DNA of 64,000 nucleotides from Tepidisphaera sp. (GTDB lineage Bacteria; Planctomycetota; Phycisphaerae; Phycisphaerales; UBA1924): NCBI GenBank assembly GCA_050916045.1, contig CP051526.1, positions 3,136,001 to 3,200,000 of the forward strand, read 5' to 3'. Shown piece by piece: positions 38,169 to 49,102 of this stretch (position 1 is its first letter; each line of letters starts with the position of its first letter). The notes under the pieces were generated by a model. It saw only the letters and a program-made list of their open reading frames with translations, ran no database searches and was not told where the DNA came from. The position numbers and the translations under genes were made by a program.

Positions 38169-38927
38169 TCAACGCCTAAGGCGTCCTCCTGCTTCATCGG
38201 TTTGAGAGGATTGACATCCGATCAAGCCGGATGAGAGTGACTGTTCGATCATTGAATCGCGTCCGGTGCGAGATTCACCCAAAGCACATGTAATGGTCAG
38301 AATCCACAGGCAGCTAAGGGCGGCAGGAAGTACGTGCCTCTGCAAGAGGCTCCCGGTTGGAAACTTGAGGCTGCCGCCGTTCTTGAGAGCGAGATGTACG
38401 CGATCAAGGCGTGCCAAGACGAATAGAGTAAGATCGGTTCGTCTGCCAATGACGAGCACAGCACTCGCCGAAACCAGATTCAGGACGAGCCCCGCCAAGC
38501 AGAAAAGAACTACCGCAGTGAGATTCTTGTCCCATATTTCCGCTACACCGGCAAGGGTCGCAGCCTGTGCCACAAGAGAGAGATTCATCCGCTGATGCAT
38601 GATGTTGTCCGCGTGATCGAACCTCTTCCGGTACTCGTCCGTGCATCGATCTATCTCGTCCGGATCTGGAAGTCGTTTGATTGCGGCAGCGCGGTTCTTC
38701 GCTGCAGTTCGAACGTCGCAGCGTTGAGTGCTTTTGAACCACAAATGAACGACCGCATGAATGGAGACCGCAGAGATTGTGCCTAGCACGAGCAGAAGCA
38801 CCTCCCGCTCCGGCTGACTTGCCGAGATCAGTACACCGCCATACCCGATCATCAGACAAAGCAGCACGAATCCTGCGATGGCCATAACGACTGAAGGCGA
38901 CTTTGGCAAGTCTGTACTGTTGCGCAT
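38169..38927 (-). CDS. Hypothetical multi-TM protein with atypical (lower GC) composition
   Basis: Several hydrophobic segments; TAAGCT 7 nt before the ATG. Confidence 0.65.
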   Translation of the reverse strand: MRNSTDLPKSPSVVMAIAGFVLLCLMIGYGGVLISASQPEREVLLLVLGTISAVSIHAVVHLWFKSTQRCDVRTAAKNRAAAIKRLPDPDEIDRCTDEYRKRFDHADNIMHQRMNLSLVAQAATLAGVAEIWDKNLTAVVLFCLAGLVLNLVSASAVLVIGRRTDLTLFVLARLDRVHLALKNGGSLKFPTGSLLQRHVLPAALSCLWILTITCALGESRTGRDSMIEQSLSSGLIGCQSSQTDEAGGRLRR

Positions 38928-39162
38928 ATCGCACAGCTTACATGCTTTCGAGGGTCCACGATCGCCCGGCGTTTCCGAAGGGTTGCCCCCGTCCCACGGG
39001 CGACCGGTCCTTTGGGCTGAAGAAGCGTGAAGTGCAGCGATGAAAAGGGGAACGCATCCTTCTCCCCGTCGCTTCGACCGAAAGAAGGTCCCGCGCCAGC
39101 GGGGGATGAGGGGTCTTCGAATGTTCACCGGCGAGACTGTGCCACCCCGTCGTGGAATCCCC

Positions 39163-39480
39163 TCAAGGCCACTCGACTTCTTGATGCTCGATTTCAACGG
39201 TTCCCGAATCGTAGAAAAGCACGATGCGGGCCGACGGGCTGGTGACCCGCGTGTCATTCTCGACGGGTTGCACGGCGACCTTTTGTCCGTCCAGGGGCCC
39301 GATCCCCATCGAAACATCGCCGTCCGGGTAGACGACTTCGTAGTCGCGAGCGACGCGCACCCAATCACGGGTGGTGAACATGCCACGGCCCGCGTGACTC
39401 ACGACCAGCATGTGCTCCTCGGAAGCATCGAATCCGATCGCAACCACGCCCCCGATGTGCAAGAACTTTCGAGCCACCAC
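39163..39480 (-). CDS. Hypothetical protein, paralog of 36592-36906
   Basis: Abuts the accC stop; shared motifs with 36592-36906. Confidence 0.75.
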   Translation of the reverse strand: MVARKFLHIGGVVAIGFDASEEHMLVVSHAGRGMFTTRDWVRVARDYEVVYPDGDVSMGIGPLDGQKVAVQPVENDTRVTSPSARIVLFYDSGTVEIEHQEVEWP

Positions 39481-40836
<1,356 letters not shown>

Positions 40837-40854
40837 TCGCACTCCGAAGAAAAC

Positions 40855-40942
40855 TCACCACAGAGACGCCGAGGCACAGAGAGAGACACGACAGAGCATG
40901 GCCCGTTCCGCTTTCCTCAGTGTCTCTGTGACTCTGTGGTGA
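40855..40942. repeat. Miniature inverted-repeat (REP/MITE-like) element in the accB-accC spacer
   Basis: Terminal inverted repeats TCACCACAGAG / CTCTGTGGTGA with internal CACAGAG reiterations. Confidence 0.7.
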
Positions 40943-40948
40943 ACTGAA

Positions 40949-41419
40949 TCAGGGCCTGACGAGGAAGAGCTTTTGACCGAACTCGACGGCTTCGCCGTTC
41001 TTGACGAGGATGCGTTCGATCTTGCCGGCTTTGCCGGACTTGATCTCGTTGAAGACCTTCATGGCTTCGACCATGCAGACGACGGTGTCGTTGGTGACGG
41101 CGGAGCCGACCTTGACGAAGGCGCCGGCGTCGGGATTGGGAGCGGCGTAGAAGGTGCCGACCATGGGGCTTTCGATGGCGATGAGGCCGGCGTCGTCGTT
41201 GGCGGCGGCGGGCGCGGGGGCTCCACCAGCGGCCGGAGCGGCGGCGGGGGCGGCGGCCATCGCCGGAGCCGCGTGCATCACCGGAGCCGGGGCGTAGGTC
41301 ACGCCTTGGGGGCCGCGGCGGATGGTCACTTTTTCGTTGGCGTCGCGAAGATCAAGCTCGGAAAGGTCGTTGTCGACCATCAGCCGAACGAGTTCCTTGA
41401 GCATGGAAGCGTCAATCAT
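40949..41419 (-). CDS. accB: Acetyl-CoA carboxylase biotin carboxyl carrier protein
   Basis: SPMVGTFY, EAMKVFNEI biotinylation motif, Ala/Pro linker. Confidence 0.97.
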   Translation of the reverse strand: MIDASMLKELVRLMVDNDLSELDLRDANEKVTIRRGPQGVTYAPAPVMHAAPAMAAAPAAAPAAGGAPAPAAANDDAGLIAIESPMVGTFYAAPNPDAGAFVKVGSAVTNDTVVCMVEAMKVFNEIKSGKAGKIERILVKNGEAVEFGQKLFLVRP

Positions 41420-41603
41420 GGAGGGACATCCCAAGAGAGAGGTCAAGAGGCAGAAACAACCCGGGAGGCCGGGCCGCGCCCGCGGACACGGGCGGCGTCA
41501 CCGAGACAGTCAGGTGACCGGTCGGCATTCTACCCACACCCGCCGACCAACGTCCCGAAAGCGAGAGGTCGACCGACCATGGACCGAACGGATCTGAATG
41601 GCG

Positions 41604-42707
41604 TCAGTCGAGGGTCGCCCATTCGAGCGTTTTGGGGAGGGAGGAGAGCTTGCGGGAGCCTGTCGCGGTCACGACATAGTCGTCTTCGAGGCGGATGCCA
41701 CCGATGCCGGGGAGGTAGATGCCGGGCTCGATGGTGACGACGTTGCCTTCCTGGAGGGTGGTGCCTTTGAGCATGTGGCTGAGGCGGGGGTCTTCGTGGG
41801 TGTCGAGGCCGATGCCGTGGCCGAGGCCGTGGCCGAAGTGGTCGCCGTAGCCGGCTTTGGTGATGATGTCGCGGGCGACCTTGTCGATGGCGGAGGAGGA
41901 CTTGCCGGCGGCGAGGGCGGAAGCGGCGGCTTCGTGGGCTTCGAGGACGATGGGGTAGATCTCGGCGAGCTTTTTGGGCCATTTGCCGAGGGCGAAGGTG
42001 CGGGTGAGGTCGCCGCGGTAGCCTTTGAACTGGGCGCCCCAGTCGATGAGGAGGCCTTGGTTTGCGGCGATCTTGGTGGAGGAGGGGCGGTAGTGCGGGA
42101 GGCTGCCGTTGGCTTTGGCGGCGATGATGGTGCCGAAGGAGAAGCCGGTGGCGCCCTTGTCCTTCATGGCGGCTTCGAGGCGGGACGCGAGGGCGGATTC
42201 GGTTTCGCCGGGCTTGATGGTGGGGATGATCTCGAGGAGGGCTTGTTCCTGGATCTTGATGGCTTTGGAGATGAGGGAGATTTCGTGCTCATCCTTGATG
42301 CGGCGCATGGACATGACGACGCCGGTGGTGGATGTGAGGACGCCTTTCTCGGTGCGTTTGGCGATGGCGTCGCGGTCGGCGACGGTCATGTACTCGGCTT
42401 GGATGCCGACCTTTTTGGCTTTGGCGGCGGCGAGGAGGTCGCCGACGGCTTCGACCATGGACGCGGTGCGGATGACGATCTCGGCGAGGGGCTTGAAGTG
42501 GGCGAGTTCCTCCTGGTAGCGGAAGTCGCTGATGATGACGGGCTTGGGGCCGCCGACGAGGAGGTAGGAATCACCGCCGGTGTAGCCGGAGAGGTAGCCG
42601 ACATCGACGGGGCTGGTGATGAGGAAGTGCGAGAGCTCTTTGTCGTGGAGGAACGAAGCGAGCTTGGCGAGGCGAGATTTGAACGGCGTGAAGTCGGGGG
42701 TGGTCAT
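41604..42707 (-). CDS. Xaa-Pro aminopeptidase/dipeptidase, M24 family
   Basis: DWGAQFKGYRGDLTRT, HGLGHGIGLDTHE, TIEPGIY, GIRLEDD. Confidence 0.94.
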   Translation of the reverse strand: MTTPDFTPFKSRLAKLASFLHDKELSHFLITSPVDVGYLSGYTGGDSYLLVGGPKPVIISDFRYQEELAHFKPLAEIVIRTASMVEAVGDLLAAAKAKKVGIQAEYMTVADRDAIAKRTEKGVLTSTTGVVMSMRRIKDEHEISLISKAIKIQEQALLEIIPTIKPGETESALASRLEAAMKDKGATGFSFGTIIAAKANGSLPHYRPSSTKIAANQGLLIDWGAQFKGYRGDLTRTFALGKWPKKLAEIYPIVLEAHEAAASALAAGKSSSAIDKVARDIITKAGYGDHFGHGLGHGIGLDTHEDPRLSHMLKGTTLQEGNVVTIEPGIYLPGIGGIRLEDDYVVTATGSRKLSSLPKTLEWATLD

Positions 42708-43034
42708 GGGGGTCGATGGTATCCCCGGCTTCGCAGCCGCCATCCCTTGAGAGACGCGGTGCGACGATGTGCTGATGCGAAGGGGCTTCGCCTTCCCGGA
42801 TTCAGACGTGCGAGTTCGAACGTGCAGGGTTCACCGGCACCGATCGCCGGAGGAACCGGCGATCGGTGCCAATGCCCTCGGCACGCCGGATTGGTTGATG
42901 GAGACACGACCTGACATCCGACGCGCTCACGAACTCGGCAATCCATCCACGATGCGCCGAAGCGGCGGATCGTGGCACACCCGTCCTCCGCCACCAGCCA
43001 CAATCCCTGGTGCGGCCTGATGGTCACCAAGAAC

Positions 43035-43622
43035 CTAGTGGAGGAAGATTCTATCGTCCGCCGGTGAAGCCCCCGAGTTCGGAATGCGATCAGTTCCACC
43101 GTCCTCGTAGGGTTGAGGCGCGCGAATCCGAACTGTTTCGTTGGTTCCAGTGGCTTCTATAAGGCGTTCGACGAAATCGAGTTCCGATTCGCCCCGCGGC
43201 CAAGGGCCGTGAAACACTCCTGGCGGGCGAGGCGGCTTGTCCATGCCCTCTGCAAACTCTGTCGGCTCTAGAAACGCCGCGATCGCCTGTGAGCGGACGA
43301 ACGCCCTGCCGCCGGTGATCAAAAGATAATCCAACCATTCGTAGGCGTCATTCACTGAGTCGTACGCATCCTTTGCACGAATGATGACTTCAAGAGCACT
43401 GCTTTTTGAAGGACGTCCGACCGCGTTGGCGCCACCTTCCAGGATCGCCGGCCGACCTGAAGTCTCACGTGTCAGCGTGCATGTCCACTTAGCCTCCACG
43501 GAAGCCACACCTCTGATGCGAAGCCCGTCGACCGCGCCCGTCGTCCGTGCGAACTCCGCGGGATTGATCGTGCCACGTCGATCCAGCGTCCCCCCGCCCG
43601 TCGAGTAAGCGGGATCTTTCAC
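43035..43622 (-). CDS. Hypothetical protein
   Basis: 195 aa; GTGA overlap with the upstream ORF. Confidence 0.6.
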   Translation of the reverse strand: MKDPAYSTGGGTLDRRGTINPAEFARTTGAVDGLRIRGVASVEAKWTCTLTRETSGRPAILEGGANAVGRPSKSSALEVIIRAKDAYDSVNDAYEWLDYLLITGGRAFVRSQAIAAFLEPTEFAEGMDKPPRPPGVFHGPWPRGESELDFVERLIEATGTNETVRIRAPQPYEDGGTDRIPNSGASPADDRIFLH

Positions 43623-44905
43623 GGCTGCGCTCCCTTCTGCACGCCGACACAGTGCAACTCAACGAGTACATCGTCTACGTTCGACAATCTCTCGTCGTCG
43701 CTCGCAGGCTTCTGCATGCTGATGGTCCATCGGGAACGCCGGTGTTCCTGACTTTGACCCAGCGGGCTTGCGTTGAGGAGCGATATCTGCCCACATACTT
43801 CGGGTGGACGGGACGAGCGAACGTTCTCGACGCGGCCGCACATGCATCGGAATGGTTCGCCCGCGTTTGCGGGGACAAGCCGGTCACCTCTCGAATACAC
43901 CGCATCGCTCGGAAGCTGCAACTTCGCCGCCCAGGGCACCTTGCCCGCCGTACCCAAGAGGTGCGCGGACACTCCTCGCAGTCGTACGTTGTCGTGGTCT
44001 TTGAACAGGCCGTGATCGACCCAGAACGAGATCCCCCCATCACTCACGATGTCCTTCCAGGCATCGGATTTCATGGCCGAACGGACCGAAACCACTCTCG
44101 TGAATGCCTGGTCGCGCTGGCCGTACGCGACGATCCACTCCATCGCCTGACGCGACCAAAGCAGCAGCTTTCCGATATCATCAGCCTCGACCACGCCTTC
44201 GCGCAGTTGGAGCAGCGACACTTCCGAGTTCGAGGCTCCGTAGATTTCCCGAAGCCCGCGCTCGGCGATGAACGCGCGGTTCGCCGCGTCCTTGAAGTCA
44301 GCGGAGAGCAACGCGAGCAATACATCGATCTTCGGTTGCAGGTCGCATGCACCGCCCGCCTCGAGCGCTCCCGACCTTGCATCCACGGACTGCCGGCGTG
44401 CTCGCAGCACCTCTCGCAGATGCGCCGCATCCTCCACCGCCCAGGACCGACGCAACTCCGTGAGATCTCTCCTTGCGTTGCGTTCGGCATCGTCCACGCG
44501 CTTCTCCGAGAGGTTCTGTCCCGTCGCGGCGTTGCTGTGGTTCGCATTCCAAAGGGTGTTCGCGTGCATCAGCACACCGCCCCAGGAATGCTGTCCGTCC
44601 GCGATACCCTGAAGAGTTCTTTCGTGCGCACGCACCTCTCGGTCGGGCGCTTCCCGCCGCGCTTCATCGAGCTCGAGCAACCGCTGGTCAAGATCCAACT
44701 GATTGCGAAACGCGAAGTCCGTCCGTCTCAATGACTCCAGCTCCGTTATCGTCGCCCAGCATCGATCCGCGAGATCGGCGATCTGATTCAGAAGCGGTTC
44801 GACATGGTTCGGTCGAAAGTCCGCGATCGCTCTCTGCGGGTCGAGACGGAACTCGGCCAATCGGAAAGTCAGCGGACGAGTTTGCATCGCGAATCGTCTG
44901 GTCAT
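43619..44905 (-). CDS. Hypothetical coiled-coil protein with a C-terminal domain reminiscent of the Tc toxin TcA C-terminus
   Basis: ~428 aa; FTRVVSV, FWVDHGLF...VRLRGVS, SPLG...WTISM...DDVLVEL pattern; family call by eye only. Confidence 0.6.
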   Translation of the reverse strand: MTRRFAMQTRPLTFRLAEFRLDPQRAIADFRPNHVEPLLNQIADLADRCWATITELESLRRTDFAFRNQLDLDQRLLELDEARREAPDREVRAHERTLQGIADGQHSWGGVLMHANTLWNANHSNAATGQNLSEKRVDDAERNARRDLTELRRSWAVEDAAHLREVLRARRQSVDARSGALEAGGACDLQPKIDVLLALLSADFKDAANRAFIAERGLREIYGASNSEVSLLQLREGVVEADDIGKLLLWSRQAMEWIVAYGQRDQAFTRVVSVRSAMKSDAWKDIVSDGGISFWVDHGLFKDHDNVRLRGVSAHLLGTAGKVPWAAKLQLPSDAVYSRGDRLVPANAGEPFRCMCGRVENVRSSRPPEVCGQISLLNASPLGQSQEHRRSRWTISMQKPASDDERLSNVDDVLVELHCVGVQKGAQP

Positions 44906-45243
44906 CCTCGATCTCCATGTATAGACGTGACGCACGAGACCACGACGCGGGCGGGTCCGAATCGTGCATTCTTGCAGCGCGAACGTCGGGTTCCGGGTTC
45001 AACGATTCCTACCGTGGGATGCGCATTACTACGGGGAAGGTTCGGATCCTCTTGACAGAGCTGACTTTGTACCAAGGCGAGTGATGCGACTGTGTTCGTG
45101 GTCGGGCTTGGAGGACTCAAGTCGGGCATGGCTCCTCAGCATAATCGAGCCGAGGGTGTCGGCGGGGGCACGACTGTCGTTTCGGTTCGTGTGTTGAAGG
45201 GCTCCGTTGGGGCATGGAACCGCAGCGAAACCGGCGGATGGCA

Positions 45244-45732
45244 CGACTGCCTTTCTCTTCTCGGGGTTGGTGGTGCTCCTTCTTCACGTGGAACCCAGTA
45301 TAACCGATGGCGGGGGTGCCACGATCCGCCCTTGATCGAGCAAAGACCAACTCCGATCAACAAGCCACACACACACCACAGGACGTCGGTCGTGCCACCC
45401 GCCCTCCTTAAACACATACCGTTGTTCAGGAATGTACTGCTATACCACCCACCCAACGAGTCGAATGATGGCGAAGGTCAGAATGCCTAGCACAAATGAC
45501 GTTGCAGTATTTGAAGAGGGCATAAACACTGAGTACGACACGCAGACGATCACTGCGGAAACAGCAGCAATGGTGTTGACCGAAGTCTCCAGCATCGCCC
45601 TTAGCAAGTTCTTCATGATTGCTCCAGATCGTCTCTGCAAGTACAGAGAGGGCGGGTGCCGCGACTGCTTTCTCTTCTCGGGGTTGGAGGTGCTTGTTCT
45701 TCACGTGGAACCCAGTGTAACCGATGGCGGGG
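45244..45732. repeat. ~72-bp direct repeat pair (45244-45315 and 45662-45732)
   Basis: CGACTGC..TTTCTCTTCTCGGGGTTGG..GGTGCT..TTCTTCACGTGGAACCCAGT.TAACCGATGGCGGGG; 4 substitutions and 1 indel. Confidence 0.9.
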
Positions 45733-45827
45733 AGCAAACGCCGCTTACCCCCAAGACAACGCGAGTCGTGGTACCCGCCGAGTTGTCAACGCTGATCGTT
45801 CGGGACGAGAAAGGCGCAGGTTCAGAT

Positions 45828-45914
45828 CCGACCCCCGCGGGGTCGGGTTGCAGGGGGGCGAGTCTACCGGGGGCGTTGCCCCCGGCTACTTCATTCCAGC
45901 CCGGCGGGCTGGAA
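45828..45914. repeat. REP-like cluster of three palindromes
   Basis: CCGACCCC-CGC-GGGGTCGG; CCGGGGGC-GTT-GCCCCCGG; TTCCAGCCC-GGC-GGGCTGGAA. Confidence 0.7.
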
Positions 45915-46299
45915 GGCGAGCGGGACACGTGGGGGCCGGGTGCCACGAGCATCCGGTCCTTCGGATGGTCGTGGTTGGACTCGCGTCGGGGATTGAGGAT
46001 CCGATCCGCGGGGGATGGCCATCCACGACCATCCCGAAGCGGGATGATCGTGGAACTTGGCCGTACCGCGGCCCGAGGCCAAGAGGTTGCCAGCGAAGAG
46101 CATGCTTCTCCAAAGCGAGAAGCATGCCACCCCGACTTCTCCAAGAAACAGGCCACCGAGCGATGGTCGCAAGGGGGGCCGGGGTTCGCGGGGTGGGGGA
46201 TGCAACCGGGATGGGTGTGAGCCGGAAGATGATGCGGCGGTTGGTCGTCGCGGAAGCGGCGTGCGGCTTGCGATCGATCCCCGATACGTTTCTTTCTTG

Positions 46300-47901
46300 A
46301 TGCCTGCTGAGACCGAGTCATCCCGGCCACCGATCGCGAGCGCTGCGGCGCTTGTGGTGTTGACCGCGGCGGTGCTGGGGTTGCCGCTTGTTGGGCTGGT
46401 TGCCGACTCGCTGAGCGCTCGGAGCGGGAAGGACTCGGCGTGGTGGTGGCTTTCTTCGGCGACGCTGGCTCGCACGCTGGGGTGGTCGGTTTTGATCGGC
46501 GGGCTGGCGGCGGGGCTGGGGCTGCCGCTGGCGTGGGCGTGTCGGAACACGAGGACGGTGTGGCTGGTTCTGCTTTTGGCGCCGGCGGCGTTTCCGAGCT
46601 TTCTGGCGTATTCGGGGTGGGGGATGCTTCGGGCGCCGCTTTCGGCGACGGGGGATTTCATCGGTTTTTTGCGGGATCACGGGGTGGGGAACGGGGGGTG
46701 GGAGTGGCTGCCGGGCGCGGTGGATACGGGGCTTGCGGTGGCGGGGCTTGCGTTCTGGGCAGCGCCGCTTGCGGCGATGGCGATGCTGCCGGGGATCCGC
46801 GCGGTGACGGACGACACCTTGGATGCGAGCCGGCTGGAGTGCTCGGGTGTGCCTCGGGCGCGGTTTGTGGTGCGAGCGCTGGCGGGGCCGATCGGGTTTG
46901 GGGTGATGGCGGTGGCGGCGATCATGCTCGGGTCGGCGGTGCCGCTTCATCTGGCGCGGGTGGAGACGGCTTCGATTCTGCTTTGGTCGCAGCTGGATTT
47001 GACGCCTCCGGACCGGCACTGGCGGGTGTGGGTGGCGGCGTGGCCGCTGGTGGTGGCGGCGGGGCTGCTTGCGCGGGGGGTGTCGGGGCTTGGGGCGCGA
47101 TCGTCGGCGGGTGATCTGGCGGAGGCGCGGTTTCGGCGGACGCCCTGGGTGGTCGGAGCGGCGGCGCTGGTGGTTGCGGCGATGGGGACGCTGGTGCCGA
47201 TGGGGTTTTTCGCGTTCAACCTGAGGTCGTTGGGCTCGGTGGGGCGGTACTTGCGCGACCACGACTCGGCGGTTTCGGCGACGGTGTTGCTGGCGGTGTG
47301 TTCGGCGGGGGTGGGAACGGTTCTCGCGCTTTCGGCGTGGCATGCGGCGAGCAACGGCCGCGGGGCGCTGGTTCGTCGGGTGGCGGTGTTCTGGACGTTC
47401 TGGGGGCTTTTGCCGGGGGTGATGGTGGGCTCGGCGGTGGCCCGGGGGTTCATCCGGCTGGATTTGTGGGTTCTGGAGCGGCTTGGGATGTCGGCGGGGG
47501 ACACGGTGGTTCCGATTCTGGCGGGTCAGGCCGCTCGGTTCGGGTTCATCCCGGTGTGGATGGGGCTTTGGCTTGCGGTTTCGGAGCCGGCGGAGGTCCG
47601 GGACCAGCGTCGGCTGGATGGGGCGGAAGCGGTTCAACCGTGGTTTGCGGCGGCGGGACGGGGGTCGGTGGGCGCGGTGGTCGCGGTTGCGGCGGGGATG
47701 TTCGCGCTCAGCCTGCATGAAATCGAGTCCGCGGTGCTGACGCTTTGGCCGGGGGGGAGCCTGCTTTCGCGGATCATTCTGAACGACCTTCACTTCTTCC
47801 GGACGCAGGAGCTTGCGGCTGGGGTGGTGCTTTTGGCGGGGATGTTCGTGCCTGCGGCGGTGATTGCGGTGGTTTTCGCGCGTCGTCGGGGTGTGGGCTG
47901 A
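46300..47901 (+). CDS. ABC transporter permease, diverged iron(III)/FbpB-like with two permease repeats
   Basis: Many TM segments; two EAA-like loops (LDASRLECS, DQRRLDGA). Confidence 0.7.
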   Translation: MPAETESSRPPIASAAALVVLTAAVLGLPLVGLVADSLSARSGKDSAWWWLSSATLARTLGWSVLIGGLAAGLGLPLAWACRNTRTVWLVLLLAPAAFPSFLAYSGWGMLRAPLSATGDFIGFLRDHGVGNGGWEWLPGAVDTGLAVAGLAFWAAPLAAMAMLPGIRAVTDDTLDASRLECSGVPRARFVVRALAGPIGFGVMAVAAIMLGSAVPLHLARVETASILLWSQLDLTPPDRHWRVWVAAWPLVVAAGLLARGVSGLGARSSAGDLAEARFRRTPWVVGAAALVVAAMGTLVPMGFFAFNLRSLGSVGRYLRDHDSAVSATVLLAVCSAGVGTVLALSAWHAASNGRGALVRRVAVFWTFWGLLPGVMVGSAVARGFIRLDLWVLERLGMSAGDTVVPILAGQAARFGFIPVWMGLWLAVSEPAEVRDQRRLDGAEAVQPWFAAAGRGSVGAVVAVAAGMFALSLHEIESAVLTLWPGGSLLSRIILNDLHFFRTQELAAGVVLLAGMFVPAAVIAVVFARRRGVG

Positions 47902-47998
47902 GGCCGTGAGGATGCGCGGCGGTGGCGGAAGGGCGTGGACCCTGAACGAGAGGGGTCGTGCCGCATCCCCCACCCCCGATTGCCAGTATCATCCCCCG

Positions 47999-49102
47999 GT
48001 GATGCCCATCGTCGTGAGGACCAATTCGGCTCTGCTCCTGCTCGCGCTCGCGTGCGCCGGGGCGGGGTGCGAAAAGTCCGAGCCTGGGGCACCGACGCTC
48101 ACGAAGGTCTCGTCGCTTGGCGAGGTGGGGACGTCTCCGGGGCAGTTCGCGTTCCCGCGGGCGCTGGACACGGATGGCAGCTCGCTTTGGGTGATCGACA
48201 AGGCGGGGCGGGTGCAGCGGTTTGACCTCAAGACGGGCAAGTGCGTCGAGTATTGGGGGATGCCGAAGACGGAGTTCGGCAAGCCGACGGGCGTGACGGC
48301 GTTTGCCGGTGACCCGCCGCTTTTGTTCATTCCCGACACGCACTACCAGCGTGTGATGGTGTTCGCGGTGGAGCCGCTGCCGGAGAAGCCCGTCGAGGGG
48401 ACGAGGATGCGTGAGGCGCCGGCGCCGCTCACGATGTTCGGCAAGCGGGGCAAGGGGCCGGGCGAGTTCATTTATCCGACGGACATCGCGATCCTTCCGA
48501 CCGAGGATGGGAAGAAGCCGGCGCGGCTTTACATCGCGGAATACGGGGACAACGACCGGGTGTCGATCTACGAGCCGGACGGGGCGGGCGGGTACGTGTT
48601 CAAGTCCTCGTTCGGGACGTGGGGTTCGAGCGAGGACAATCCGGGGGACCCGACCGCGGTGGTGTTCAACCGGCCGCAGTCGATCTCGCTGGATCTGACG
48701 CGACGCGAGCTGATCGTGGCGGATGCGGGGAATCATCGGCTGGGGCGGTTCACGCTGGATGGAACGCTGATCAAGTGGGTGGGAGCGCGGACGCCGAAGG
48801 ATGAGAGCCCGGTGCATTATCCGTGGGCGCTGCAGGCGTTGGGCGACGGGACGGCGATCGTGGTGGAGCAGGTGGCGGCGCGGCTTCAGCGGATCGATCT
48901 GACGACGGGGGAGAGCATGGGGATTTTCGGCGGTCCGGGTCCGAAGCTGGGGCAGTTCGCGACGCCGTGGGCGATCGCGGTGACGGGGAGTCGGATGTAC
49001 ATCGCCGACGGCGGGAACAACCGGGTGGTGGTTTCCGAGCTGCCTCCGATCATTCATCACACGGTCGCGCATGCGGGCGGCAAAGCGGGAGAGACGCGAT
49101 GA
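47999..49102 (+). CDS. NHL-repeat beta-propeller lipoprotein
   Basis: Lipobox-like AGC; repeats GQFAFPRAL, GEFIYPTDI, FNRPQSI, GQFATPWAI, ADGGNNRV. Confidence 0.88.
   Translation: MMPIVVRTNSALLLLALACAGAGCEKSEPGAPTLTKVSSLGEVGTSPGQFAFPRALDTDGSSLWVIDKAGRVQRFDLKTGKCVEYWGMPKTEFGKPTGVTAFAGDPPLLFIPDTHYQRVMVFAVEPLPEKPVEGTRMREAPAPLTMFGKRGKGPGEFIYPTDIAILPTEDGKKPARLYIAEYGDNDRVSIYEPDGAGGYVFKSSFGTWGSSEDNPGDPTAVVFNRPQSISLDLTRRELIVADAGNHRLGRFTLDGTLIKWVGARTPKDESPVHYPWALQALGDGTAIVVEQVAARLQRIDLTTGESMGIFGGPGPKLGQFATPWAIAVTGSRMYIADGGNNRVVVSELPPIIHHTVAHAGGKAGETR

Noticed and set aside
38095..38310. DnaA boxes near the skew switch
   Set aside because: Only isolated two-mismatch matches (TCATCCACC, GAATCCACA), which are expected by chance.
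34610..39480. tRNA-Leu-anchored integrative island
   Set aside because: No integrase and no duplicated tRNA 3' end; the accessory genes lie on the 5' side of the tRNA.
45244..45732. CRISPR array or integron attC sites
   Set aside because: Only two 72-bp copies with a ~350-bp interval; no cas or intI genes; no RYYYAAC/GTTRRRY-bounded palindrome.
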